From an uncultured Sphingomonadaceae bacterium (lineage in GTDB: Bacteria; Pseudomonadota; Alphaproteobacteria; Sphingomonadales; Sphingomonadaceae), in contig CAIQHF010000043.1 in NCBI GenBank assembly GCA_903871605.1, forward strand, positions 34,721-98,720: 64,000 nt of DNA. The letters are read 5' to 3'. Positions 8,890-18,586 of the stretch are shown here, in pieces (the stretch's first letter is position 1; each line of letters starts with the position of its first letter). The position numbers were made by a program, and so were the translations under genes. The notes under the pieces are model-generated. The model saw nothing but the letters and a program-made list of their open reading frames with translations. It did not search any database and was not told the origin of the DNA.

Positions 8890-10509
8890 TCAGCGCGCGA
8901 TATCGGCCGCCAGCAGGTCGGCCGCCCGCTCGCCGATCATCATCGCGGTCGCGTTGCTATTGGCGCTGACCAGGCGGGGCATGATCGAGGTGTCCGCGAT
9001 CCGCAGACCGCTCAGGCCGATCACGCGCAGGCGCGGATCGACCACCGCGTCCGTGCCGCTGCCGATGCGGCACGTGCCCGAGGCGTGATAGAAGGGTTCG
9101 ATCGTGGCGGCGACATAGGAATCGAGCGATCGCTGGTCGGTGTCGTCGGCCGGCGGCTGGACCGAGCGACCGAAGACGCCCTCGAACGTCGCGCCCGAAA
9201 GCCATGTCTGGACCTTCGCGACAGCGGCCGTCATCCACCGCCGGTCGAGCGGATGCGACAGCATCGGGTACGAGATGACCGGCTGGTCGGCGGGATCGGC
9301 CGACCGGATCGACACCTGCCCGCGCGCATTGGGCCAGCAGAGATCAACGGTGAACATGGCCTGCCCGGTCTTCGCCAGCCGCAGCTTCCCGTCGCGCGTC
9401 TCGTAGCCGAACGGAAAGATGCTGAGCTTCGCCTTGGAGAGCGGATCGGCATCGTCGGCGAGGAAAAAGGCGGAGGCCTGGCTCACGAGATCGGTCAGCA
9501 GCCCCCGCCCGCGCAGATATCGCAGCGCGGCGCCGATCACCGCCGGGCTTCTGAGCTGCTGGTTGATCGACGGCATCGATGTGCCGCGCACCAGCCGCAC
9601 CCCGCAATGCTCCTGCAGATTGCATCCGACACCGGGCCGGTCCAGCCGCGTGCGCACGCCGATCGACGCAAGCGTCGCGGCGGGGCCGATTCCCGACCGC
9701 AGCAGGATGGCCGGCGTTGCGACCGCCCCCGCCGACAGGACGATCTCGTCGCCCGCCATGATGGTGCGCACCCCGCGACGATCGCGCACCACCACGCCGC
9801 TGGCGCGCCGTCCATCGAAGGTCAGGCGATCGCACAGCGTTTCGCAGACAATGTCCAGATTGGCGCGTCGCCCGTCCATTCCGGGATAGTCGATCGCCGG
9901 AGACGAGCGGCGACCCCGACGCTGATTGACCTGCCCGTAGGCCACGCTTCCGGGCGCGTGATCGCGATTATAGTCGTCGGTCAGGCGGAACCCCGATCGT
10001 TCGAGCCCCGCGACGAAACCGCGCGTGATCGGGTGCGCATCGGGCGCAAGCGAGCGGATGGCGAGCGGCCCGCCGTCGCCGCGGATCGAGGCGTCGCCGA
10101 ACCCGCAGCGTTCGAGGCGGCGATAGAAGGGGAGCACGCTGTCATAGTCCCAGCCGCTCGCGCCCATTGCCGACCACCAATCGAAATCCGCGCGCTCCCC
10201 CCAGATATAGAACATGGTGTTGATCGAGCCGCCGCCGCCGAGCAGCTTGCCCGCAGGCCATTCGGGCGCGCGCCCGCCGACGCTCGCATCGGGCTCGACG
10301 GTCCGCTTCCAGTCGTAGCGGGGATTGCCGACAAGCCATCTGACGCCCGCGGGATGCCGCACGATCGCGCGGCGCGCGTCCCCGCCCGCCTCCACGAGCA
10401 GGATCCGCCGCGACGGATCGTCGCTCAGCCGGCTGGCCAGCACGCATCCCGCCGCGCCGCCGCCGACCACGATCACGTCGTAGTGCGCGGCGGCCGCCGC
10501 ATGTCGCAT
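8890..10509 (-). CDS. GMC oxidoreductase (choline dehydrogenase-like)
   Basis: GGGAAG FAD motif, GKLLGGGGSIN, GVGCNLQEH, HASGTCRIG, ANSNATAMMIGE. Confidence 0.92.
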   Translation of the reverse strand: MRHAAAAAHYDVIVVGGGAAGCVLASRLSDDPSRRILLVEAGGDARRAIVRHPAGVRWLVGNPRYDWKRTVEPDASVGGRAPEWPAGKLLGGGGSINTMFYIWGERADFDWWSAMGASGWDYDSVLPFYRRLERCGFGDASIRGDGGPLAIRSLAPDAHPITRGFVAGLERSGFRLTDDYNRDHAPGSVAYGQVNQRRGRRSSPAIDYPGMDGRRANLDIVCETLCDRLTFDGRRASGVVVRDRRGVRTIMAGDEIVLSAGAVATPAILLRSGIGPAATLASIGVRTRLDRPGVGCNLQEHCGVRLVRGTSMPSINQQLRSPAVIGAALRYLRGRGLLTDLVSQASAFFLADDADPLSKAKLSIFPFGYETRDGKLRLAKTGQAMFTVDLCWPNARGQVSIRSADPADQPVISYPMLSHPLDRRWMTAAVAKVQTWLSGATFEGVFGRSVQPPADDTDQRSLDSYVAATIEPFYHASGTCRIGSGTDAVVDPRLRVIGLSGLRIADTSIMPRLVSANSNATAMMIGERAADLLAADIAR

Positions 10510-10521
10510 GCCGGCTTCGCC

Positions 10522-11868
10522 CTAGAGACGCCGCGCGACGCGCGCGCCGAAATAGAAGCAGGTCGCGGCGGGAAGCAGCAGCAGCGATGCCGTGATCGCC
10601 AGCGAATAGGGCAAGGCGAGCGGATTGTGGAACACCGCCTCGGTGAAGAAGGCGACGAGCCACGGCCCGCCGCCTGCGCCAACCAGCGTGGACAACATCA
10701 TCGTCACCGCGACGAACTGCGCGCGCATGATGTTGGGCACGAAAGCGGGGATCGCCGCCATCGCCGGCCCGATCGCGATCACGACGCAGAAGGTGATCCC
10801 GCCCAGCGCGATCGCCGCCACCGTCGCCGATCCGCTAAGCGCGAGCACGAGACCGAGCGGGAAGGTGACGGCGCTCGCGACCAGCGGGATCAGGAAATTC
10901 GCGTCGCGCCGGCCATTATCGCGCAGATGGTCGCAGAGCTTGCCGCCCATGATGCTCGCCAGCGCGCCGATGATCATGAAATAGAGGCCATAGACGAGGC
11001 CGATCTGGGTCGCGGTCCACCCGAATTTGCGCACGAACAGCGATACCGCCCAGTTGGTCAGGCCATATTGATAGGTGACCAGGAGGATGATGCCGCCCAG
11101 CAGCGTGCCGAGATAGCCACGATTCGCGATCGTATAGCGTGCGAAGGCGATCATGCTCGTGCCGTTGCCCGCGCCGTCCTCTTGTTCGCCGGGGCGGCGG
11201 GGCGGCTCGCGCACCGCGAACAGCGCCGCCAGCAGTGCGACCCCCGGCAAGCCCATGATCCCGAACGACAGCTGCCAGCCGTGAACCGCGCCGAACAGCG
11301 GCAGCACGACATCGCCGTTCATCGGCAGCAGCTTGAGCAGCAGCCCGCCGAACACGAGCGACGCGCCGGTGCCGAGAAAGCTGGCACCGGTCACCGTGCC
11401 GAGAGCGCCGGCAAGCTTGGCCTTGGGGAAATAGTCGCTGAGCAGCGAGAAGGCCGCCGGCAGCAGCGACGCATCGGCCAGACCGGTCAGCAGACGCGCG
11501 GCGAACAGTGCGGAATAGCTTTTCGCCATCATCGAGGCGACCGTCGCGACGACCCATAGCGCCGTACCGATGGTGATGATCCGGTCGCGCCGCCAACGGT
11601 CCGCCAGCCACCCGATCGGGATCGCCACCAGCGCGTAGAAGAGCGCGAAGGCCAGACCCTGAAGCAGGCTGACGTCGATATCCTGGATATGGAAGTCGCG
11701 CGACAGCGGCTCGACCGTGAGGCTGAGGATCTGGCGCTCCATGTTGCTGACCAGCTGGAGGCCGCTCAGGATCGTCACCACCAGCCAGGCATATCCGGCC
11801 GACCCGAACGCATAGCCCTTGACGGCGATCGGATCGGCGCTGGGCGGGACAAGGGTCTGGACGGTCAT
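10522..11868 (-). CDS. MFS transporter (spinster-like)
   Basis: About 12 hydrophobic segments, GWLADRWRRDR motif A; ATG 11868 with GAAGGA RBS. Confidence 0.9.
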   Translation of the reverse strand: MTVQTLVPPSADPIAVKGYAFGSAGYAWLVVTILSGLQLVSNMERQILSLTVEPLSRDFHIQDIDVSLLQGLAFALFYALVAIPIGWLADRWRRDRIITIGTALWVVATVASMMAKSYSALFAARLLTGLADASLLPAAFSLLSDYFPKAKLAGALGTVTGASFLGTGASLVFGGLLLKLLPMNGDVVLPLFGAVHGWQLSFGIMGLPGVALLAALFAVREPPRRPGEQEDGAGNGTSMIAFARYTIANRGYLGTLLGGIILLVTYQYGLTNWAVSLFVRKFGWTATQIGLVYGLYFMIIGALASIMGGKLCDHLRDNGRRDANFLIPLVASAVTFPLGLVLALSGSATVAAIALGGITFCVVIAIGPAMAAIPAFVPNIMRAQFVAVTMMLSTLVGAGGGPWLVAFFTEAVFHNPLALPYSLAITASLLLLPAATCFYFGARVARRL

Positions 11869-12102
11869 CAAATATCCTTCAGCTCGGCGGGGATCGCGCG
11901 CGGAGAGCGATCGGGAACGGGCCGGCCACGCCGCGGACGCGGCGTTGGTCATGCCGTCCATGACAGATCATGCTGCGATGCGGAACGCCCGTTCCAAAGC
12001 GATCGTCCCGCTTTTCTCCACCAGTTGGATAAGTGGGACATGTGGCGGGGCGGCGACCGCGCCGAACCCTAAGCTGCCCGCCGGCTGCTTAGGAGACGAT
12101 CG

Positions 12103-13677
12103 ATGCCCGCGCACGTCCACAGCGCCTTCGTCTATCTCGGTGACCGACGGGTATATTATCGCTGGGCGGGGCAAGGGCCGGCGATCGTCTTGCTCCACCA
12201 GTCTCCGCGCACATCGGCCGAGCATGCCGATTGGATGCGAACGCTTGGCGATCGCTACCTCGTCATCGCCCCCGACACGCCGGGATACGGGTTTTCCGAC
12301 GCCTTGCCCGAACAGTTCGGCGCGACCTGGATCGATCATTATGTCGATGCCCTCGCCGATCTCCTCGACGCATTGGGGCTGGACCGACCGACGCTCTACG
12401 GCAGCCATAGCGGCGCGATCATCGCCGTCCGCTTCGCAGGCCGCTATCCGAACAGGATCAGCGCGCTCGTCGCCAACGGGATCATGCTGAGCGACGTCGC
12501 CGAGCGCGCCGATCTCGCCGCCTATTATCTCGACCCGATCCGCCCACGGTGGGATGGGGCACATCTCGCCGAGATCTGGAGCAGGCTCCGGGACCAGCTG
12601 GTCTTCTATCCCTGGTACCGGCGCACGCCCGCCGCGCGGATCGACTGGGCGCAACCTCTCGCCGAAACCGACGCGTCGGCGCTCGACATGCTGCGCGCCG
12701 GGGATCGGTATCGCGGCGCATATGGCGCGGTGCTTGGCTATGACATCCGGCCCGATCTGGAGCGGCTCGCCTGCGATACGCTGCTGATCGTCGCGAAGCC
12801 GGACATATTGGCACGCTATGTCGATCACTATCCCACCATGCCCGGCCGGGTGACGGTCGAGCTGGCCGACGATTTCGCGTCCGTCCCGGCGGCGATCGAC
12901 CGCTTCGTCGCGCGTCGGCCCGGCCCGGTCATCCATTTCGCACCCCCGGCGTCGGCGCGGCGGCGGGGTCCATCGTCGGCGGTCGTGCCGCTCGCAGAGG
13001 GCGACATTCACATCCGCGCGATCGGGCCGCCACAGGCGATGTCGGCGATGGCCCTGCACGACATCGGGGCCTCGGCGGCGAGCCTCGACGCCTTGATCGG
13101 CGCGGCCGGGACGGACGTTCGGCTGGTCGCGCCCGATCTGCCAGGACACGGCGCCAGCGACGCCCGACCGGACCGGACGGCGGCCGGCGCGGCGTCGGCG
13201 CTGCTCGCGCTGGCAGACGCGCTCGGCTGGCAGCGCTTCCGGATCGTCGCCATCGGCGCGTCGGCGGCGATCGTCGGGGCCATGCTCGTCGCGGCGCCCG
13301 ATCGCATCATCCGCGCCGCGCTGATCGAGCCCCCGGAGCCGGGCGCGAATGCCGCATTGCCCGATCTTTCGCCGGACAGCGCCGGCTCGCACCTGACGCG
13401 CGCCTGGATGTATCTGCGCGACCGCGCGCTTTTCTCACCCTGGGATCGGCGATCCGCCGTGACCGCGACCGGCGGCGAGACGCCGCAGGCGCAGCAGCTT
13501 CACGAGCAACTCGTCGACCTGCTGACCGCGCGCGCGGTCATGCCCCCGCTGCTCGCCGACGCGCTGTCGCGGCCGCGACCGGACGCACCCGTCCTTGGCC
13601 GTCGCGGATCGGGGCATGAGCTGCCCGACCAGCCGATCCACTGGTGGCGCGCGATCGCGCCGCATCTCGGGCTGTGA
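12103..13677 (+). CDS. Tandem two-domain alpha/beta-hydrolase-fold protein
   Basis: Domain 1: LHQSP, PDTPGYG, GSHSG. Domain 2: LHDIG, PDLPGHG, degenerate elbow. Repeated W..LRD...F.PW. Confidence 0.85.
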   Translation: MPAHVHSAFVYLGDRRVYYRWAGQGPAIVLLHQSPRTSAEHADWMRTLGDRYLVIAPDTPGYGFSDALPEQFGATWIDHYVDALADLLDALGLDRPTLYGSHSGAIIAVRFAGRYPNRISALVANGIMLSDVAERADLAAYYLDPIRPRWDGAHLAEIWSRLRDQLVFYPWYRRTPAARIDWAQPLAETDASALDMLRAGDRYRGAYGAVLGYDIRPDLERLACDTLLIVAKPDILARYVDHYPTMPGRVTVELADDFASVPAAIDRFVARRPGPVIHFAPPASARRRGPSSAVVPLAEGDIHIRAIGPPQAMSAMALHDIGASAASLDALIGAAGTDVRLVAPDLPGHGASDARPDRTAAGAASALLALADALGWQRFRIVAIGASAAIVGAMLVAAPDRIIRAALIEPPEPGANAALPDLSPDSAGSHLTRAWMYLRDRALFSPWDRRSAVTATGGETPQAQQLHEQLVDLLTARAVMPPLLADALSRPRPDAPVLGRRGSGHELPDQPIHWWRAIAPHLGL

Positions 13678-13774
13678 CCGTTCGGCGCGCCCCCCGGGAC
13701 GCAGGTGCGGCATCGCCGACATTGCGTGACCGCAGGCTGCGACGCGGCTCTCGCCCCCGCCGCTATCCGCACTG

Positions 13775-13798
13775 CGGACATTGCACCTGGAATGTCTG
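13775..13798. promoter_or_regulatory. Imperfect inverted repeat CGGACATT-N8-AATGTCTG, candidate operator
   Basis: 7/8-matching arms about 130 bp upstream of the 13925 operon. Confidence 0.3.
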
Positions 13799-13924
13799 GC
13801 GCGACTCCCGCCACCGGCCCGACAGTCCGCCCACTGTGCAGCGCCAGACGAGCCGCACCAGACCTGCCAAACTGCCTGGAGGATGCGGACGCCGCGCCTC
13901 CCCACCATCGAGGAGAATATCGGT

Positions 13925-14638
13925 ATGTCTCTCACTCGGACGATTGGTTCCTATGTCATGGGACCGAGCGACGACCGCTCCAAATGGGTGAGCTGGGAAA
14001 ATTTCATCGTCACCACCAATCCGGACGGGTCGCATACCGCGCAGACCATGACGCGCTTCCCGGGCAATTCGATGATTCGTCACGTCACGCAGACGGTCGA
14101 CCGGGAATTCACGCCGATGGACGGCATCACCCGTTTCTTCGTCGACGAGGTCTATCAGGGCATATTGATCCGCCGCGTGGTCGGTGACACGATCACCTCG
14201 ATGGTGATGCTCCCCGACGGCAGCCCAATCGACGAGAAGACGCTCGCGATGGGTGGATCGGACATCGTGTTCGGCTACCACCCGACCTCGGTCGAGGGAT
14301 GGAAGTTCATCAAGGCGGACCGTGCCAACCCCGATCCTCAGATGGTGCGCATCCTGTCGAGCTCGCCGACCTGGAACGGCGGCGTGATCGGCCACGGCGC
14401 CGAGGTCAGCCTCAAGGTCCAGTATCTCGGCCCCGAGCAGATCACTGTGCCGGCCGGCACGTTCACCGGCCACCACTATCTCTGGCATACCGGCAATATC
14501 GATGGCGACATCGAGGTTTGGACGATCGGGCAGGACGAGATCTGCGCCCGTTGCATCGGCCACGCCAAGGGCGTCACCTACGAACTGGCGACATATGAGA
14601 GCACCGAGTTCGGCACCGTGCGCGAGTTCGACTTCTGA
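13925..14638 (+). CDS. Hypothetical protein (237 aa), paralogue of 28886-29563
   Basis: AGGAG RBS; GPEQITVPAGTF..HY motif; coupled to the nitrilase gene (TGATG). Confidence 0.8.
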   Translation: MSLTRTIGSYVMGPSDDRSKWVSWENFIVTTNPDGSHTAQTMTRFPGNSMIRHVTQTVDREFTPMDGITRFFVDEVYQGILIRRVVGDTITSMVMLPDGSPIDEKTLAMGGSDIVFGYHPTSVEGWKFIKADRANPDPQMVRILSSSPTWNGGVIGHGAEVSLKVQYLGPEQITVPAGTFTGHHYLWHTGNIDGDIEVWTIGQDEICARCIGHAKGVTYELATYESTEFGTVREFDF

Positions 14639-16374
14639 TGGCCGGGCCGCTCCCCACCACGCCAAGCGAGGGAGCGGCCCGCACGATCCGGGTCGCCACC
14701 GCGCAATTCGAGACCGGCAAGGACCGCGACCGCGTCCTCTCGCAGATGCTGGGCCTGATCGACGAAGGCGCCGCCGGCGGCGCGCAGCTCGTCCACTTCC
14801 AGGAATGCTGCAACTACCCGACCTCCTATGACGACCGCGAACATGCCTGGCGCGAGGCGATCACGATCCCGGGGCCGATGATCGACGCGATCTCGGCCCG
14901 CGCCCGGCAACATGGCGTCCACGTCTCGTTCAACGCCGCGGTCCGCGGCGCATTTCCCGATGCCTATATGGTCAATCATCTGATCGGCCCCGACGGCGCC
15001 TATATCGGTGGCAATGCGAAGCAGATCCTGATGTGGATCGAGCGCGACGCCTTCCGCCCCGCGGACCAGGAGAATCGCGTGTTCGACACGGCGATCGGCC
15101 GCATCGGGCTGATTTCGTGCATGGACGGACTGATCCCGGAGACCTCGCGGACGCTGGCCTGCCAGGGCGCCGACATCATCGTCAATTCGCTCTGCTCCAA
15201 CGGGCGCGACGAGGCACATTTCCACATTCCTGCGCGGTCTGCCGAAAACGGCGTCTACATGATCTATGCCAACCGCATCGGCGACATGGTCAAGGGCGAG
15301 GATCTCGAACGGCTGATGGCGGCCAGCGGGATGGACCGCGAGACGGTGAGCGGCGCGGGCGAAAGCGGCATCACCGGCCCCGCCGGCGAGGTGATCGCGC
15401 GCGCGGGCCAGAAGGATTTCGGTCTCACCTTCGCGGACATCGATCTCAGCCGCGTCCAGCGCACGCAGCGCCTCGCCGGCCGCCGGCCCGAATGCTACGG
15501 ACTGATCACCGAGGACAATAGCGCGCTCGCGGCGTTGACCGTGGGACGCCCGGCGGCGGGCACGGTCAGGATCACCACCGTCGTCCCCGACACCGGCGCC
15601 GGCCCCGCCACGGTCTCCAAGGCGGTGGCGATGATCGAGGCGGCCGAACCCGGTCTCGCGGTGCTTCCCGAGCTGTTCGCATGGGCGCCCGATACGCTGC
15701 AGGCCGGCGAAGCGCTGCAGGGCGAGATCGATCATGCGATCGCGCAATTGGCCGAGGCGGCGGCGACGCGCGGCACCTACATCGTCGCGGGCATCCCCGA
15801 GATCGATGACGGCCGCCTGATCAACCGCGCCATCTTGATCGGCCCCGAGGGCGTGCGCGGCAGCTATCGGCAGGTTCACGCCGATCCGGCGCTGGGCTGG
15901 GGCCCGGGCGGCGACGACTTCCCTGTGTTCGACCTGCCCTTCGGTCGGCTTGCGATGCTGCTCGGCGAGGATCTCCGCTATCCCGAGGCGGGGCGGATGG
16001 TCGCGCGCCAGGGCGTCGATCTCGTCGCCTGCCCCGCGACGTGGCGCAACGATTGGCAGTATCGCTTGATGCTGCCCGAGCGATCGGCGGAAAACCACAT
16101 CACCATCGCGGCGGTCGGCCGCGCGGATTCGCCGGTGCCGCAGCCCGCGACGATCGTCACCACCGCACCGGTCTATCGCTTCCCGGATACGATGGAGGTG
16201 AACAATCCCGATCGCTTCCAGGCCGATGCGCCCGCAGGCAGCCTGACCGTGGCGATCGATCTAGCGCCCAACCGCGACAAGCGGCTGATGGGCTCGACCG
16301 ACCTCATCATGGACACCCAGCCGGTGCTTTATGGCCGGCTGGTCGCTTCGGACCCGAAGATGGAGATGGTATGA
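14638..16374 (+). CDS. Two-domain nitrilase/carbon-nitrogen hydrolase
   Basis: Domain 1 has the E-K-C triad (FQE, AKQ, SCMD); domain 2 shows LPE, YRQVH, LGEDLRYPE. Confidence 0.88.
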   Translation: MAGPLPTTPSEGAARTIRVATAQFETGKDRDRVLSQMLGLIDEGAAGGAQLVHFQECCNYPTSYDDREHAWREAITIPGPMIDAISARARQHGVHVSFNAAVRGAFPDAYMVNHLIGPDGAYIGGNAKQILMWIERDAFRPADQENRVFDTAIGRIGLISCMDGLIPETSRTLACQGADIIVNSLCSNGRDEAHFHIPARSAENGVYMIYANRIGDMVKGEDLERLMAASGMDRETVSGAGESGITGPAGEVIARAGQKDFGLTFADIDLSRVQRTQRLAGRRPECYGLITEDNSALAALTVGRPAAGTVRITTVVPDTGAGPATVSKAVAMIEAAEPGLAVLPELFAWAPDTLQAGEALQGEIDHAIAQLAEAAATRGTYIVAGIPEIDDGRLINRAILIGPEGVRGSYRQVHADPALGWGPGGDDFPVFDLPFGRLAMLLGEDLRYPEAGRMVARQGVDLVACPATWRNDWQYRLMLPERSAENHITIAAVGRADSPVPQPATIVTTAPVYRFPDTMEVNNPDRFQADAPAGSLTVAIDLAPNRDKRLMGSTDLIMDTQPVLYGRLVASDPKMEMV

Positions 16375-17441
16375 GCAGGCCCGACATCGGCACGCTGCGG
16401 GGCGCAGCGACGCTCGACGACGAAAGCTACCTCGATTTCGTCGAGGGGCTTCGCGGTTTCAACCTCGGCACGATGGTGCCCAAGCTCGTCCAGTCCGGCA
16501 ACGCGATCGGCGCGGCGATGGGCAAGGCCGAGCCGCCGCCGTCGGTCCATGCGCTGTTCCATCGGCTGGGCGACGTGCCGGTCGCGCAGATGACGCGCCG
16601 GATGATGCGCAGCACGCAGCTGATGATGTGGAGCGGCTCCTTCCGGTCCTACGGCCGTTTCGGGGACGAGCTTGCCGGCTGGCTCGACGAGGCGGAGCAG
16701 GCGACGCCCGGCCTGCTCACGATCGATCCCGACTTCGCCTATCCCGATTATGCCCGGCAGCAGGACATCCACCTGATGCCCGGCAGCTATCAGGACGACG
16801 CGCTCGCCGGCTTCGTCTATCATTACGGCTCGAAGATCTTCTTCACCGGCGCCAATGACGACGACCATATCCACCGCGTGATGGCGGACTGGTGTCCGGT
16901 CGACGGCAAGCCCGGGCGCGTGCTCGATATCGGTTGCGGTATCGGCCAGTCGACCACCGCGCTGAAGCAGCGATTCCCTGACGCGGAAGTGTACGGGATC
17001 GACATTGCCGCCCCGATGCTGCGCTACGCCCACGCCCGCGCGCATCATATGGGCCTGGCGGTGCATTTCGCGCAGGCGAGCGCGGCGCACACCGACTTTG
17101 CGGACAATTCGATCGACGCGATCCTGTCGATGATCCTGTTCCACGAGCTCCCGCGCGAGACCGCCGAGGGCGTCATCCGCGAGGCCGCGCGCATCCTGCG
17201 TCCGGGCGGCACGATCACCATCGTCGACTTTCCGCACATCCCGCAGGACGAATTGAGCGGTCGCCACTGCATGCGGCTGTTCGACAGCTGGTATAATGGC
17301 GAGCCGTTCGCGCCCGGATTCGTCTATTCGGACTTCACCGCGCTGCTGCGCGAGCATTTCGACGATGTCGACGACGATTACCGGCCTGCGGCGACCTCGA
17401 CGGGCGCGCTGCAGATCCGCGTCTGCAGGAAATCAGCATGA
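16371..17441 (+). CDS. Class I SAM-dependent methyltransferase
   Basis: VLDIGCGIG motif I, GIDIAAPML, FHELP; ATGA overlap with upstream gene. Confidence 0.88.
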   Translation: MSRPDIGTLRGAATLDDESYLDFVEGLRGFNLGTMVPKLVQSGNAIGAAMGKAEPPPSVHALFHRLGDVPVAQMTRRMMRSTQLMMWSGSFRSYGRFGDELAGWLDEAEQATPGLLTIDPDFAYPDYARQQDIHLMPGSYQDDALAGFVYHYGSKIFFTGANDDDHIHRVMADWCPVDGKPGRVLDIGCGIGQSTTALKQRFPDAEVYGIDIAAPMLRYAHARAHHMGLAVHFAQASAAHTDFADNSIDAILSMILFHELPRETAEGVIREAARILRPGGTITIVDFPHIPQDELSGRHCMRLFDSWYNGEPFAPGFVYSDFTALLREHFDDVDDDYRPAATSTGALQIRVCRKSA

Positions 17442-17773
17442 CGCCTCGGGAGGTATCCGATCTGCGCCGCTGGCTCGACGCGAGCGGCGGCATCGCCGAT
17501 GGCAAGCCGTTCCTGGGCGATCGCCGGCTCGACGCGCTCGTCGATGTGGTGCTCGAGATGGCCGCCCAGCTGTGGGTGGTGAAGCGTCGCAACGCGATGC
17601 TCGAGTCGCTGCTCGTCGACAAGGGCGTGATCGCGACCGGCGACATGGAACACCATCGCCTCGCCGACGACGATGCCGCCCGGCTTCGCCGCGAGCGCAG
17701 CGAATATGTCGCCACACTTTTCCACAGCCTTTCCGAGCTCTCGACCGAGCCGACTTCAGAGGAAACCGAATGA
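17438..17773 (+). CDS. Small hypothetical helical protein (111 aa)
   Basis: ATGA overlaps on both sides; amphipathic helical sequence. Confidence 0.75.
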   Translation: MTPREVSDLRRWLDASGGIADGKPFLGDRRLDALVDVVLEMAAQLWVVKRRNAMLESLLVDKGVIATGDMEHHRLADDDAARLRRERSEYVATLFHSLSELSTEPTSEETE

Positions 17774-18576
17774 CCACCGAGGTACTCAACTTCAAGCGCG
17801 GCTACAGCAAATGCTTTCTCGGCCAGCTCCACTATCGCGAGCATGGCGAGGGCCAGCCCGTGCTCTGTCTCCACCAGTCGCCGCAATCGAGCGGGATGTT
17901 CGACACGGTGCTGCCGATGCTCGGCGAGCATTTCCGCGCGATCGCGATGGACACGATCGGCTACGGCATGTCCGACCGGCCCGGCCGGATGGTGGAGCCC
18001 GAGGAATATGGCCAGACGATCATCGACTTCCTCGATGACATGGGGCTGACCGATCCGATCCCGGTGATCGGCGTCCACACCGGCGCCTATTTCGCGACGC
18101 AGCTCGCCGTGCAGGCGCCCGAGCGGGTCAGCAAGATCGTGCTGTCGGGCCCGGTGCTGCTCGATCCCAAGGAGCCGATCACGCCGATGCGCGCGCCCGC
18201 CACCTTCCCGCGTCCCGACGGCGGCCATCTGACCGATCTGTGGAACCTGCGCTGGAAGAACGTCTCCCCGGTCAACAATATCGAGCGGTTCGAGAAGCTC
18301 TATGTCGCCGCGCTTTCGGCGGGCGAGAAGGCGCAGGCCGCCTATTATGCGGCCGGCAAGCTCAATACCTTGCAGCAGCTGCTCAACGACGTGACGGTCC
18401 CCGCCTACATCGTCTGGGGCGATCGCGATCTGTCGGCGCCGGGCATCATGGCCTGCCTGCCGTATCTCGAGGGCAAGGTCCCCGACTATCGGATCGCGGG
18501 CGGCACGCTCGATACGATCGAGGAATATCCCGAGGAGTGGACCGAGGCCTGCGTCCGCTTCATCAACCAAGGCTGA
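17770..18576 (+). CDS. Alpha/beta-hydrolase-fold protein with His at the nucleophile elbow
   Basis: LHQSP, MDTIGYGMSD, GVHTG; 268 aa. Confidence 0.88.
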   Translation: MTTEVLNFKRGYSKCFLGQLHYREHGEGQPVLCLHQSPQSSGMFDTVLPMLGEHFRAIAMDTIGYGMSDRPGRMVEPEEYGQTIIDFLDDMGLTDPIPVIGVHTGAYFATQLAVQAPERVSKIVLSGPVLLDPKEPITPMRAPATFPRPDGGHLTDLWNLRWKNVSPVNNIERFEKLYVAALSAGEKAQAAYYAAGKLNTLQQLLNDVTVPAYIVWGDRDLSAPGIMACLPYLEGKVPDYRIAGGTLDTIEEYPEEWTEACVRFINQG

Positions 18577-18586
18577 CGGCAGCGGC

